Positions 24,301-38,400 of a stretch of DNA of 64,000 nt are shown here, piece after piece. Numbering within the stretch: the stretch's first letter is position 1; every line of letters starts with the position of its first letter. A program made the translations under genes and the position numbers. The notes beneath the pieces were generated by a model. That model was given only the letters and a program-made list of their open reading frames with translations. It did not search any database and was not told the DNA's origin. This DNA comes from the human T2T-CHM13v2.0 reference genome, Homo sapiens, in assembly GCF_009914755.1 (NCBI RefSeq), contig NC_060946.1; one strand, given 5' to 3'.

Positions 24301-27300
24301 TTTCAACAGGATCTCACTCTGTCACCCAGGGTGGAGTGCAGTGCCACACTGTCAGCTCACATTTCATTTCCCCATTCCCTTCCCTTCCATTCCATTCCCT
24401 TCCATTCCATTACATTCCATTCGTTTCCATTCCATTCCAATCCCTTCCATTCCACTCCTTTCTTTCGACAGCATCTCCCTCTGTCACACAGCCTGTAGCA
24501 CAGTGGCACAATCTCAACACGTATTTCTTTTCAGCATTCCATTCGATTCGATTCCATTCCATTCCATTCCAATCCACTCCTCTCCATTCCTTTCCACTCC
24601 ACTCCACTCCACTCCATTCCGTTGCACTATACTCCACTCCACTCCACTCCATTTCATTCCATCACATTCCATCCCACTCCTTTCCACTCCACTTTACTCT
24701 ATTCCATTACATTGCACTCCATTCCATTCCAATATTTTCTTTCGACAGGATCTCACTCTGTCACCCAGGCTGGAGTGCAGTGCCACAATGTCAGGTCACA
24801 TTTCATTTCCCCATTCCCTTCCTTTCCATTCCCTACCCTTCCCTTCCATTCCATTCCATTCCGTTCCATTCCATTCCACTCCACTCCACTCCACTCCACT
24901 CCATTCTATTCCATTCTTTTCCACTCCATTCCATTCCAATATTTTCTTTCGACAGGATCTCACTCTGTCACCCAAAATGGAGTGCAATTACAAAATCCCA
25001 GCTCACATTTCATTTCACCATTCCATTCCATTCCATTCCATTCCCCTAAATTCCATTCCACTCCACTCCACTCAACTTCACTCCACGCCACTCCACTCCA
25101 TTCCACGCCACTCCAGCCATTCCATTCTACTCCATTCCATTCCATTCCTTTATTTCGAAATGGATCTCACTCTGTAACCCAGACTGGAGTGCAGTGGCAC
25201 AAACTTAGATCACATTTAATGTCTCCATTCCATTCCATTCCATTCCATTCCATTCCATTCCATTCCATTCCATTAAACCCCATTCCATTGCATTCCATTC
25301 CATTCCACCGCATTCCATTCCAATCCCTCCTTTCGACGGGATATCACTGTTTCAAAAAAGGTTGGAATACAGGGGCACAATCTCAACTCACATTTCATTT
25401 CACCATTCCATTGTATTCCTTTCCTTTCCATTCCATTCCATCAGACTACACTCAATTCCACTCCACTCCACTCCTTCCCCTCCCCCATTCCATTCCATAC
25501 CATTCCATTCTATTGCATTCCACTCCATTCCACTCCACTCCAATCAACTCCACTCCACTCCACTTCACTCCAATCCACTCCACTCCATTCCATTCCATCC
25601 CATTCCATTTCACTCCATTTCTCTCCACTCCACTCCCGTCCACTCCACTCACCTCCACTCCATTACTTCCACTCCATCCCATTCCATTCCACTCCTTTCT
25701 ATTCCATTCCACTCCACTACACTCCACTCCATTCCATTCCATTTCATTCCATTCCATTCCATTTCACTCCATTCCATTCCATTCCTCTCTTTCGAGAGGA
25801 TCTCACTCTGTCACCCAGGCTGGAGTGCAGTGGCAGTATCTCGGATCACATTTCATTTCACCATTCCATTCCATTGCATTCCATTCCATTCCATTGCATT
25901 CCATTCCATTCCATTCCATTCCATTGCAATGCATTCAATTCCATTCCGTCCCATTCCATTCAACTCCTGCAAACTCCACTCCACTCCACTCCACTGCATT
26001 CCATTCCATTCCATTCCATTCAATACCATACCATACCGTTCCATTCCACTCCACTCCACTCCAATCCATCCCATTCCATCACATTCCATCCTATTCCGTT
26101 CCACTCCATTCCACTATAATCCACTCCACTCCACTCCATTCCATTCCATTCTACACCTGTCTATTCCATTCCTTTCTTTCGACAGTATTTCACTCTGTAA
26201 CACTAGCTGGAGTGCAGTGTTACAATCTCAGCTCATATTTCATTTCATCATTCCATTCTATTCCGTTACATTCCTTTCCATTCCGTTACATTCCTTTCCA
26301 TTCCATTCATTTCCATTCCACTATATTCCATTCCACTCCACTGCACTCCACTCCACTCCACTCCACTCATCTCCACTCCATTCAATTTCGTTCCATTCCA
26401 CTCCACTCTACTCTACTCCTCCCCATCCCACTCCACTCCACTATATTCTATTCCATCCAATTCCATACCATTCCACTCCAACCCAACACTCCACTCCACT
26501 CCCCTCCATTTCATTCCATTGGATTCCATCCCATTCCATTCCATTCCACTCCACTCCCATCCACTCCTCTCCACTCCCTTCCATTCCATTCCTCTCCACT
26601 CCATTCCACTCCATTCCACTGCTATCCACTCCACTACATTCCATTCCATTCCACTCCACTCCATTCCATTCCTTAAATTCGACAGGATGTCACTCTGTCA
26701 CCCATTCTGGAGTACAGTGGCAGAATCTCAGCTTACATTTCATTTCGCTAATCAATTCCATTCCATTCCATTACACTCCACTCCACTCCACTGCAATCCA
26801 CTCTACTCCACTCCTTTCCATTCCATTCCACTCCATTCCACTCCAATCCATTCCATTCCATTCCATTCCAATCGACTCCACTCCACTCCACTGCATTCCA
26901 TTCCATTACAGTCCATCCCATTCCATTCCACTCCACACCACTCCACTCCACACTGCTCCTCTCCACTCCATTCCATTCCATTTCTTTTTTTGACAGCGTC
27001 TCACTCTGTCACCCAGGCTGGCGTGCAGTGGCACAAATTCAGCTCACATTTCATTTCACCATTCCATTCCATTCTATTCCATTGCATTCCATTCCTTTGC
27101 ATTCCATTCCATTGCATTCCATTCCATTCTATTCCACTCCATTCTATTCCACTCGACTCCATTCCACTCTCTGCCACTCCAGTCCTCTCCACTCCACTGC
27201 ACTCGATGGCATTCCATTCCATCCCATTTCATTCCACTCCATTCCACTCTACTCCACTCCAATCCACTCCACTCCACCATAATCCTTGCCATTCCATTCC

Positions 27301-30300
27301 ATCACATTCCATTCCACTCGACTCCAACCCACTCCCTTCCATTCCATTCAATTCCCTTCCATTCCATTCCTCTTTATTCCATTCTATTCCTTTTTTTCCA
27401 CAAGATCTCACTCTGTCACAAAGACTGGAGTGCAGTGGCACAATCTCAGCTCACATTTCTTTTCACCATTCCACTGTATTCCATTCTATCCCACTCCATT
27501 CCACTCTATTTCACTCCACTCCACTCCACTCCACTCCACTCCATTCCACTCCATCCCATTCCATTCGACTCCATTCCACTCGAATCCACTCCACTCCACT
27601 CCACTCCCCTCCATTCCATTCCATTTCAATCCATTGCATTCCATTCCTTTCTTTTGACAGGGTATCACTGTGTCACTGAGGCTGGAGTACAGTGGCACAA
27701 TCTCAGCTCACATTGCATGTCAACTTTCCATTTCATTGCATTCTATTCCATTGCATTCCGTTGCATTCCATTCAATTCCATTCCATTCAATTCAATTCAA
27801 TTCCATCCCACTCCGTTCCACTCCACTCCACTACATTCCATTACATTCGTTTCCATTCCACTGCATTCCACTCCTATTCACTCTACTGCGCTCCATTCCT
27901 CTCCACTCCATCCACTCCATCCCATTCCATTCCGCTCCATTCCACTGCACTCCACTCCGCCCCACTCCACTCCACTTCATTCCATTCCATTCCATCCCAT
28001 TCCATTCCGCTCCATTCCACTTCAATCCACTTCACTCCACTCCACACCAATCCAGACGACTCCATTCCATTCCATTCCATTCCATTCCATCCCATTGCAT
28101 TCCATTCTACTCCACTCCACTCCACTGAATTCCACTCCACTCCACTCCATTCCACTCCACTCCATTCCACTCCACTTCACTCCATTTCACTCCACTCCAC
28201 TCCATTCCACTCCATTCCACTCCACTCCATTCCCCTCCGCTAAACTCCACTCCCTTCTATCCCATTCCACTCCTTTCTTTCTAAAGTATCTCTCTATTTC
28301 ACACAGGCTGTAGTGCAGTGGCACAATCTCAGCACCCATTCCGTTCCGTTCCATTCCGTTCCGTCCCGTTCCATTCCATTTCGCTCCACTTCACTCCACT
28401 CCACAGTACTACATTCCATTACGTCCGATTCCATTTCACTACATTGCACTTCTCTCCACTTCACTGCACTCCATTCCACTCCATTCCATTCCTTTCCACT
28501 CCACTCTGCTGCACTCCACTTAATTCCATTCCATTCCATTCCATTCCATTCCATTCCATTCCATTCCAATCCATTCCACTCCACTCCACTCCACTCCATT
28601 CCATTCACTCCATTCCATTCCATTCCACTCCAGTCCATTCCACTCCACTCCATTCCATTCGACTCCACTCCATTCCACTCCACTCCGTTCCATTCCACTC
28701 CACTCCATTCCATTCCACTCCACTCCAGTCCATTCCATTCCACTCCACTCCACTGCATTGCATTGCATTCCATTCCATTCCACTCCACTCCATTCCACTC
28801 CACACCACTCCACTCCACTCCATTCCACTCCACTGCACTCCTCTCCACTCCATTCCACTCCACTATACTCCACTCCACTCCATTCCACTCCACTCCATTC
28901 CACTCCACTCCACTCCATTCCATTCCACTTCTTTCCATTCCATTCCACTCCAGTCCATTCCACTCCACTTCATTCCATTCCACTCCACTGTAGTCCATTC
29001 CATTCCACTCCACTCCATTCCATTCCACTCCAGTCCACTCCACTCCACTCCCTTCCACTCCACTCCACTCTGCTCCAACCCATTCCACGCCTATCTTTCG
29101 ACAGGATCTGCCTCTGTCACACAGGCTGTAGCGCAGTAGTACAATCTCAGCACCTGTTACATTCCTGTTCATTCCATTCCATTCCATTCCGTTCCAATGA
29201 ATTCCACTCCACTCCACTGCACTCCACTCCATTCCGTTCCACTCTACTCCACTCCACTCCATTTCATTCCATCACATTCCATCCCACTCCTTTCCACTCC
29301 ACTTTATTCCATTACATTGCACTCCATTCCATTCCAATATTTTCTTTCGACAGGATCTCACTCTGTCACCCAGGCTGGAGTGCAGTGCCACAATGTCAGC
29401 TCACATTTCATTTCCCCATTCCCTTCCCTTCCATTCCATTCCCTTCCCTACCCTTCCATTCCATTCCATTCCCCTAAATTCTATTCCACTCCACTCCACT
29501 CCACTCCATTCTATTCCATTCTTTTCCACTCCATTTCATTCCAATATTTTCTTTCGACAGGATCTCACTCTGTCACCCAAAATGGAGTGCAATTACAAAA
29601 TCCCGGCTCACATTTCATTTCACCATTCCATTCCATTCCCCTAAATTCCATTCCACTCCACTCCACTCAACTTCACTCCACGCCACTCCACTCCACTCCA
29701 CACCACTGCAGTCATTCCACTCTACTCCATTCCATTCCATTCCATTATTTCGAAATGGATCTCACTCTGTCACCCAGACTGAAGTGCAGTGGCAAAATCT
29801 TAGCACACATTTAATTTCTCCATTCCATTCCATTCCATTCCATTCCATTCCATTCCATTTCCATTAAACCCCATTCCATTCCATTTCATTCAATTCCATC
29901 ACATTCCATTCCACCGCATTCCATTCCATTCCCTCCTTTCGAAGGGATATCACTGTGTCAAAAAAGGCTGGAATACAGGGGCACAATCTCAGCTCACATT
30001 TCATTTCACCATTCCATTGTATTCCTTTCCTTTCCATTCCATTCCGTCCCACTACACTCAATTCCACTCCACTCCACTCCCCTCCCCTCCTCCGTTCCAT
30101 TCCATACCATTCCATTCCATTGCATTCCACTCCATTCCACTCCACTCCAATCAACTCCACTCCACTCCACTTCACTCCAATCCACTCCACTCCATTCCAT
30201 TCCATCCTATTCCATTTCACTCCATTTCTCTCCACTCCACTCCCGTCCACTCCACTCACCTCCACTCCATTCTTTCCACTCCATCCCATTCCATTCTACT

Positions 30301-32400
30301 CCATTCTATTCCATTCCACTCCACTCCATTCCATTCCATGCCATTCCATTCCATTTCATTCCATTCCATTCCATTACATTTCACTCCATTCCATTCCATT
30401 CCTCTCCACTCTTTTGAGAGGATCTCACTGTGTCACCCAGGCTGGAGTGCAGTGGCAGTATCTCAGCTCACATTTCATTTCACCATTCCATTGCATTCCA
30501 TTCCATTCCATTCCATTGCATTCCATTCCATTGCAACACATTCAATTCCATTCCATCCCTTTCCATTCCACTCCTGCGAATTCCACTCCACTCTACTCCA
30601 CTGCATTCCATTCCATTCCATTCCATTCCATACAACACCATTCCATTCAACTCCACTCCACTCCACTCCATCCCATTACATCCCGTTCCATTCCACTCCA
30701 TTCCACTATAATGCACTCCACTCCACTCCATTCCATTCTATTCCATTCTTCACCTGTCCATTCCATTCCTTTCTTTTGACAGTATTTCACTCTGTCACAC
30801 TGGCTGGAGTGCAGTGTTACAATCTCAGCTCATATTTCATTTCATCATTCATTTCTATTCCATTACGTTCCTTTCCATTCCATTCATTTCCATTCCACTA
30901 TATTCCATTCCACTCCACTGCACTCCACTCCACTCCACTCGGCTCCACTCCATTCAATTTCGTTCCATTCCACTCCACTCTACTCCACTCCTCTCCATGC
31001 CACTCCACTCCACTACATTCAATTCCATCCAATTCCATACCACTCCACTCCTCTCCCCAACACTCCACTCCACTCCCCTCCATTTCATTCCATTGGATTC
31101 CATCCCATTACATTCCTCTACACTCCCGTCCACTCCTCTCCACTCCCATCCATTCCATTCCTCTCCACTCCATTCCACTCCACTCCACTCCTATCCACTC
31201 CACTACACTCCATTCCATTCCACTCCACTCAATTACTTTCCTTACATTCGACAGGATGTCACTCTGTCGCCCATTCTGGAGTACTGTGGCAGAATCTCAG
31301 CTTACATTTCATTTCACTAATCCATTCCATTCCATTCCACTCCACTCCACTCCACTGCACTTTACTCCACTCCACTCCACTGCACTCCACTCCACTCCTT
31401 TCCATTCTATTCCACTCCATTCCACTCCATTCCATTCCATTCCATTCCACGTGACTCCATTCCACTCTCTGCCACTTCACTCCACTGCACTCCATTCCAT
31501 TACAGTCCATCCCATTCCATTCCACTCCACACCACTCCACTCCACACTGCTCCACTCCACTCCCTTCATTCCATTCCTCTCCACTCCATTCCACTCCACT
31601 CCACTCCTATCCACTCCATTACACTCCATTCCATTCCACTCCACTCAATTACATTCCTTACATTCGACAGGATGTCACTCTGTCGCCCATTCTGGAGTAC
31701 TGTGGCAGAATCTCAGCTTACATTTCATTTCACTAATCCATTCCATTCCATTCCACTCCACTCCACTCCACTGCACTTTACTCCACTCCACTCCACTGCA
31801 CTCCACTCCACTCCTTTCCATTCTATTCCACTCCATTCCACTCCATTCCATTCCATTCCACGTGACTCCATTCCACTCTCTGCCACTCCACTCCACTGCA
31901 CTCCGTTCCATTACAGTCCATCCCATTCCATTCCACTCCACACCACTCCACTCCACACCGCTCCACTCCACTCCATTCCATTCCATTTCTTTCTTTCGAC
32001 AGCATCTCACTCTGTCACCCAGGCTGGCGTGCTGTGGCACAAATTCGGCTCACATTTCATTTCACCATTCCATTCCATTCTATTCCATTGCATTCCATTC
32101 CTTTGCATTCCATTCCATTGCATTCCATTCCATTCTATTCCACTCCATTCTATTCCACTCGACTCCGTTCCACTCTCCGCCACTCCAGTCCACTCCACTC
32201 CACTGCACTCGATGGCATTCCATTCCATCCCATTTCATTGCACTCCAATCCATTCTAGTCCACTCCAATCCACTCCACTCCACCATAATCCATTCCATTC
32301 CATTCCATTCCATTCCATCAGATTCCATTCCACTCCATTCCACTCAACTCCATTCCACTCCACCCCATTCCATTCAACTCCACTCCACTCCACTCCGTTC
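9316..32400 (-). repeat. Satellite domain I: ~60 embedded Alu 3'-end fragments, mainly variant A
   Basis: Recurrent GACAGGATCTCACTCTGTCACCCAGGCTGGAGTGCAGTGGCACAATCTCAGCTCAC followed by ATTTCATTTCACC (e.g. 10270-10325, 29349-29404). This is the reverse complement of the last ~55 nt of an AluJ/FLAM-like arm. Confidence 0.9.
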
Positions 32401-35400
32401 CATTCCACTCCATTTCACTCAACTCCAATCCACTCCACTCCTTCCTATTACAATTCTTTCTTTTGACAGGATCTCCCTCTGTCACACAGGCTGTAGTGCA
32501 GTGGCACAATCTAAGTATCTATTTCATTCCATTCCATTCCATTTCACTCCATTTCACTCCACTCCACTCCACTCTATTCCATTCTACTACACTCCACTAC
32601 ACTCCACTACACTCCATTCAACTCCTTGTGTTTCCATTCCACTCCATTCCATTCCACTCCTTTCCAGTAAATTGCACTCAACTCCTTTCCACTCCATTTC
32701 ACTCCACTCCATTCCATTCCACTCAACTGCACTGCACTTCACTACACTCTATTCCATTCCACCACACTCCACTCCATTCCATTCCTTTACCATTCATTCC
32801 ATTCCATTTCACTTCAGTCAATTCCATTCCATTCCACTCAACTCCAATCCACTCCACTTCTTCCCATTAGAATTATTTCTTTCGACAGGATCTCCCTCTA
32901 TCACACAGGCTGTAGCGCAGTGGCACAATCTCAGCACCAATTCCATTCCATTCCATTCCACTCAGTTCCATTCCATTCCATTCAATTCCACTGAACTCCA
33001 CTCCACGCAACTCCATCCCATTCCAGTCCACTACATTCCATTCTATTCCATTCCACTCCACTCCATTGCACTGCTCTCCACCCCACTCCACTCCAATCCA
33101 TTCCACTCCACTCCATTCCATTCCATTCCACTCAACTCCGTTACATTAATCTCCAATTCCACTCCACTCCACTCCACAACACTCCACTACACTCCTTCCC
33201 ATTCCACTCCTTTCTTTTGACAGGTTCCCCTATTGTCACATAGGCTGTAGCACAGTGGCACAGTCTAAGTATACATTTCATTCCATTCCATTCCATTCAA
33301 CTCCATTTCACTCCACTCCACTCCACTCTATTCCATTCCACTCCACTCCACTCCATTCCATTCCACTCCACTCAACTCCATTCCACTCCACTCAACTCCA
33401 TTCTAGTCGACTCCAGTCCATTCCACTCCATTTCAGTGAATTCCACTCCACTCCATTCTATTCCACTCCACTCCATTGCATTCCACCACACTCCATTGCA
33501 CTCCACTCCACTCCATTTCACTCCACTCCACTCCACTGCACTCCATTCCATTTCACTCCACTCCACTCCATTCCATTCCACTCCACTCAATTCCATTCCA
33601 CTCCACTCAACTCCATTCCAGTTGACTCCAGTCCATTCCACTCCATTCCAGTAAATTCCACTCCACTCCATTCTATTCCGCTATACTCCATTGCATTCCA
33701 CCACACTCCATTGCACTCCACTCCACTCCACTCCATTCTACTCCATTCCTTTCCATTCCACTCCACTCCATTCCATTCAATTCCACTCCAGTCCATTTCA
33801 CCCCACTCCAGTCCATTCCACTCCACTCCATCCCATTCCACTCCTCTCCATTCCATTCCATTCCACTCAACTCTAATCCATTAAACTCCACTCCCCGCCA
33901 TTCCACATCACTCCACTCCTCTCCACTCCATTCCACTCCACTGCACTCCACTCAATCCCATTATACTCCTTTCTCTCGACAGGATCTCCCTCTATCACAC
34001 AGGCAGTAGCTTAGTGGCGTGATTACAGCACACATTTCATTCCGTTCCATTCCATTCTGTTCCGTTCCATTCCTTTCCACTCCACTCCACTCCCCTCCAC
34101 TATATTCCATTACATCCGATTACATTCCACTCCATTCAGCTCCACTCCACTTCACTGCACTTCATTCCACTCCATTCCACTCCATTCCTTTCCACTCCAC
34201 CCCACTCAACTCCACTCCATTCCATTCCGTTGCATTCCATTTCACTGCACTCCACTGCACTCCACTCAATTCCACTCCACACCAATCTACTTTATTACAT
34301 TCCGTTTCATTCCACTGTACTCCACTTCACACCTCTCCATTCCATTCCACTCCACTCCATTCCATTCCAGTTCATTCCACTCCACTCCACTCCACTGCAC
34401 TCCACTCCACTTCATCCACTGCACTCCATTCTATTGCACTCCACTCCACTCCTTTCCATTCCATTCCATTCCATTGCACTGCATTCCACTCCACCCCTCT
34501 CCATTCAGTTCCATTCCATTCCATTACATTTCTCTCCACTCTCCTCCACACCACTTCATTCAATTGCACTCCACTCCATTCCATTCCATTCCAGTCCACT
34601 CTACTCCACTCCACTCCAGTGCACTCCACTCCACTCCATTCTACTCCACTCCACTCCACTCCACTCCAATCCACTCCAGTCCACTACATCGCATTCCACT
34701 CTTTTCATTCGACAGGATCTCCCTCTGTCACACAGGCTGCAGTGCAGTGGCACAATCTCAGCACCCATTCCATTCCACACCATTCCATTCCATTCCAGTA
34801 CATTCCATTCCATTTCATTCCATTCCATTTCTTTCCAGTCCACTCCACTCCACTCGAGTCCATTCCACTCCACTCCAGTCCTTTACACTCCACTCCAATC
34901 CATTCCACTCAACTCCATTCCACTTCACTGCACTCCGCTACACTCCATCACATTCCACTCTTTTCTTTCGACAGGATCTCCGTCTGTCACACTGTAGTGC
35001 AGTGGCACAATCACAGCACCCATTCCATTCCATTCTATTCTATTCCATTCCATTATATTACATTCCACTCAACTCCACCCCACTCCATTCCATTCCACTC
35101 CCCTCTATTCCATTCCACTCTACTACACTCCATTCCACACCACTCGACTACACTCCACTCCATTGCCCTCCATTGCACTCCAATCCACTCCTCTCCACAC
35201 CTCTCCACTCCACTCCATTGCATTCCAGTCCACTCCTTTCTAATCCATTCCACTCCAGTCCATTCCACTCCATTCCAGTCAATTATACCCCATTCCATTC
35301 AATTCCCTTCCACTCCACTGCATTCCATTCCACTCAATTCCACTCCACTCCATTCCACTCCAATCCATTCCATTCCACTCCATTCCATTCCATTCCACTT

Positions 35401-38400
35401 CAGGCCTTTCCATTCCACTACACTACATTCCATTCCAATCCACTCCATTCCTTTCCTCTAATCCCCATTCCATTCCATTCCACTCCACTCCATCCACTCC
35501 TCTCCAATCCACTCCACTCCACTCCATTCCACTCCACTCCCCTCCACTGCACTCCACCCAATCCCATTCCACTCCTTTCTTTCAACAGGCTCTCCCTCTG
35601 TCAAACAGGCTGTAGCGCAGTGGCCCAATCTCAGCACACATTCCGTTCCGTTCCATTATGTTTTGTTCCTTTCCATTCCATTCCACTCCACTCAACTCAA
35701 CTCCACCACATTCCATTACATCTGATTCCATTCCAATCCATTCCGCTCCTCTCAACTCTACTGCACTCCATTCCACTCCATTTCTTTCCATTCCTTTCCA
35801 ATCCACTCCACTCTAAACAACACCACTACGTTGCATTCCATTCCTTTCCATTTCACTGCAATCCACTCCACTGAATTCCACTCCACTCCACTACACCTTT
35901 CCATTCCATTCCATTCTATTCCACTACACTCCACTCAAAACCACTGCATTTCATTCCACTGCAGTCCATAGATTTCCATTCCATTACACTGGACTCCACT
36001 GCACTCCAGTCCACTACACTCCATTCAACTCCACTCAACTCCACTACAGTCCATTCCACTCCATTCCTTTCCTTTAAAATCCGTTCCGTTCCATTCAACT
36101 CCAGCCCATTCCACACCATTCCAGTAAATTCCACTCCATTCCATTCCATTCAATTCCACTCCACTCCGTTCCATTCCATTCAACTCCACTACACTCCACT
36201 ACGCTCCACTCTATTCTACCACACTCCAATCCATTCCACACCACTCCATTCCAATCATTTCCACTCAAGTCAATTCCACTCCACTCCAGTACATTCCACT
36301 CCACTCCATTCCACTATATTCTGTTTCATTCCACTCCACTCCATTCCATTCCATTCCACTCCACTCCACTCCATTGCACTCCACTCCACTCCACTCCATT
36401 CCACTCCATTCCACTGAACTCCAATCCACAACACTCCTTCCCATTCCAATTCTTTCTTTCGACAGAATCTCCCTCTGTCACACAGGATGTAGTGCAGTGG
36501 CTCAATCTCTGCACTTATTCTATTCTATTCCATTCCATTCCACTGCTCTCCACTACCCTCCACTCAATTCCACTCCCATCCACTAAATTCCACTCCCCTC
36601 CACTCCACTTCATTCCATCCCATTCTATTCTACTCTACTCCAATCCGCGCCTATCCATTCCATTCCACTCCTCTCCATTTCATTCCAGTTCATTCCATTT
36701 CACTCCATTCGACTCCACTCCACTCCACTTCATTCCGTTCCACTCCATTCCTTTCTGTTCCACTCAACACCATTCCATTCCACTCCACTCCATTGCATTC
36801 CATTCCATTCCATTCCATTCCATTCCACTACATTCCATTCCATTCCATTCCATTCCATTCCATTCCATTCCACTCCATTCCACTGCTCTCCACTCCACTC
36901 GACTCCAATCCATTCCACTCCACTCCACTCCATTCCATTCCAGTCCATTCCAATCCATTTCATTAAACTCCACTCCACTCCATTCCACCACACTCCACTC
37001 CATTCCTTTCTACTCAATTCCACTCCACCCCACTCCACTGCACTCCATTCCACTCCACTCCACTCTACTTCATTCCCCTCCACACCACTCTGTTCCTCTC
37101 CATTCCACTCCACTACACTCCACTTCACTCCACTCCATCCCATTCCACTCCTTTCGCTCGACAGGTTCTCCCTCTGTCACACAGGCTGTAGAGCAATGGC
37201 ACAATCTCAACACCCATTCCTTTCCATTCCATTGCATTCTACTCCATTCCTTTCCGTTTCACTCAAGTCTACTCCACACCACTCCATTCCATTCCACTCC
37301 ACTTCATTCCGTTGCATTCCATTCCACTCCACTCCATTCAACTCCACTCCATTCTACTCCACTCCATGACATTCCACTCCACTCCACTCATTCCATTCCG
37401 TTCCACTCCATTCCATTCCATTCCACTCTATTCCATACCACTCTACTCCAGTAAATTCCACTCCACTCCATTCCATTCCATTCCACTCCACCCTGTTCCA
37501 TTACACACAATTCCTCTCCACTCCACTCCACTGCAATCCATTCCACTCCACTTCACTCCATTCCATTCCACTCCATTCCACTCCAGTCCATTCATTCCAC
37601 TCAAGTCCATTCCAATCGATTCCACTCTATTCCACTCCACTCCACTCCATCCACTCCTCTCCACTCCATTCCACTCCACTCCACTGCATTCCACTCCACT
37701 ACACTCCACTCCGTTCTGCTCCACTCCACTCCACTCCACCCCATTCCATTCCATTTCACTCATTTCTTTCGACAGGACCTCCCTCTGTCACACAGGCTGT
37801 AGCACAGTGACACAATCTCAGCACACATTTTGTTCCGTTTCATTCTGTTTCCTTCCATTCCATTTTGTTCCACTCCACTCCATTACATTCAACTGCATTC
37901 CAGTCCATTCCATTACGCACCATTCCATTCCATTCCACTCCAGTCCATTCCATTCCATTCAACTCCACTCCATCCATTCCACTACAGTCCCGTTCTTTCC
38001 ATTTCACTGCACTCCATTCCATTCGACTCTTCTCCACTCGATTCCACTCCACTCCACTCCATTACAATCCACTCCACTAAATTCCACTCCATTCCACTCC
38101 ACTCCACTCCATTCCACTCCACTCCACTCCACTCCACTACACTGCACTCCAACCCATTCCACTCCTTTCTTTCGACAGGGTCTCCTATTACACAGGGTGT
38201 TGTGCAGTGGCACAATCTCAGCACGCATTTCATTCCATTCTATTCCATTCCACTCCACTTCACTCCATACCACTCCACTGCACTCCACTCCATCCCATTC
38301 CACTCCTTTTATTCGACAGGATCTCCCTCCGTCACACAGGCTGTAGCGCAATGGCACAATCTCAGCACCCGTTCTGTTCCATTCCGTTGCACCCTATTCC

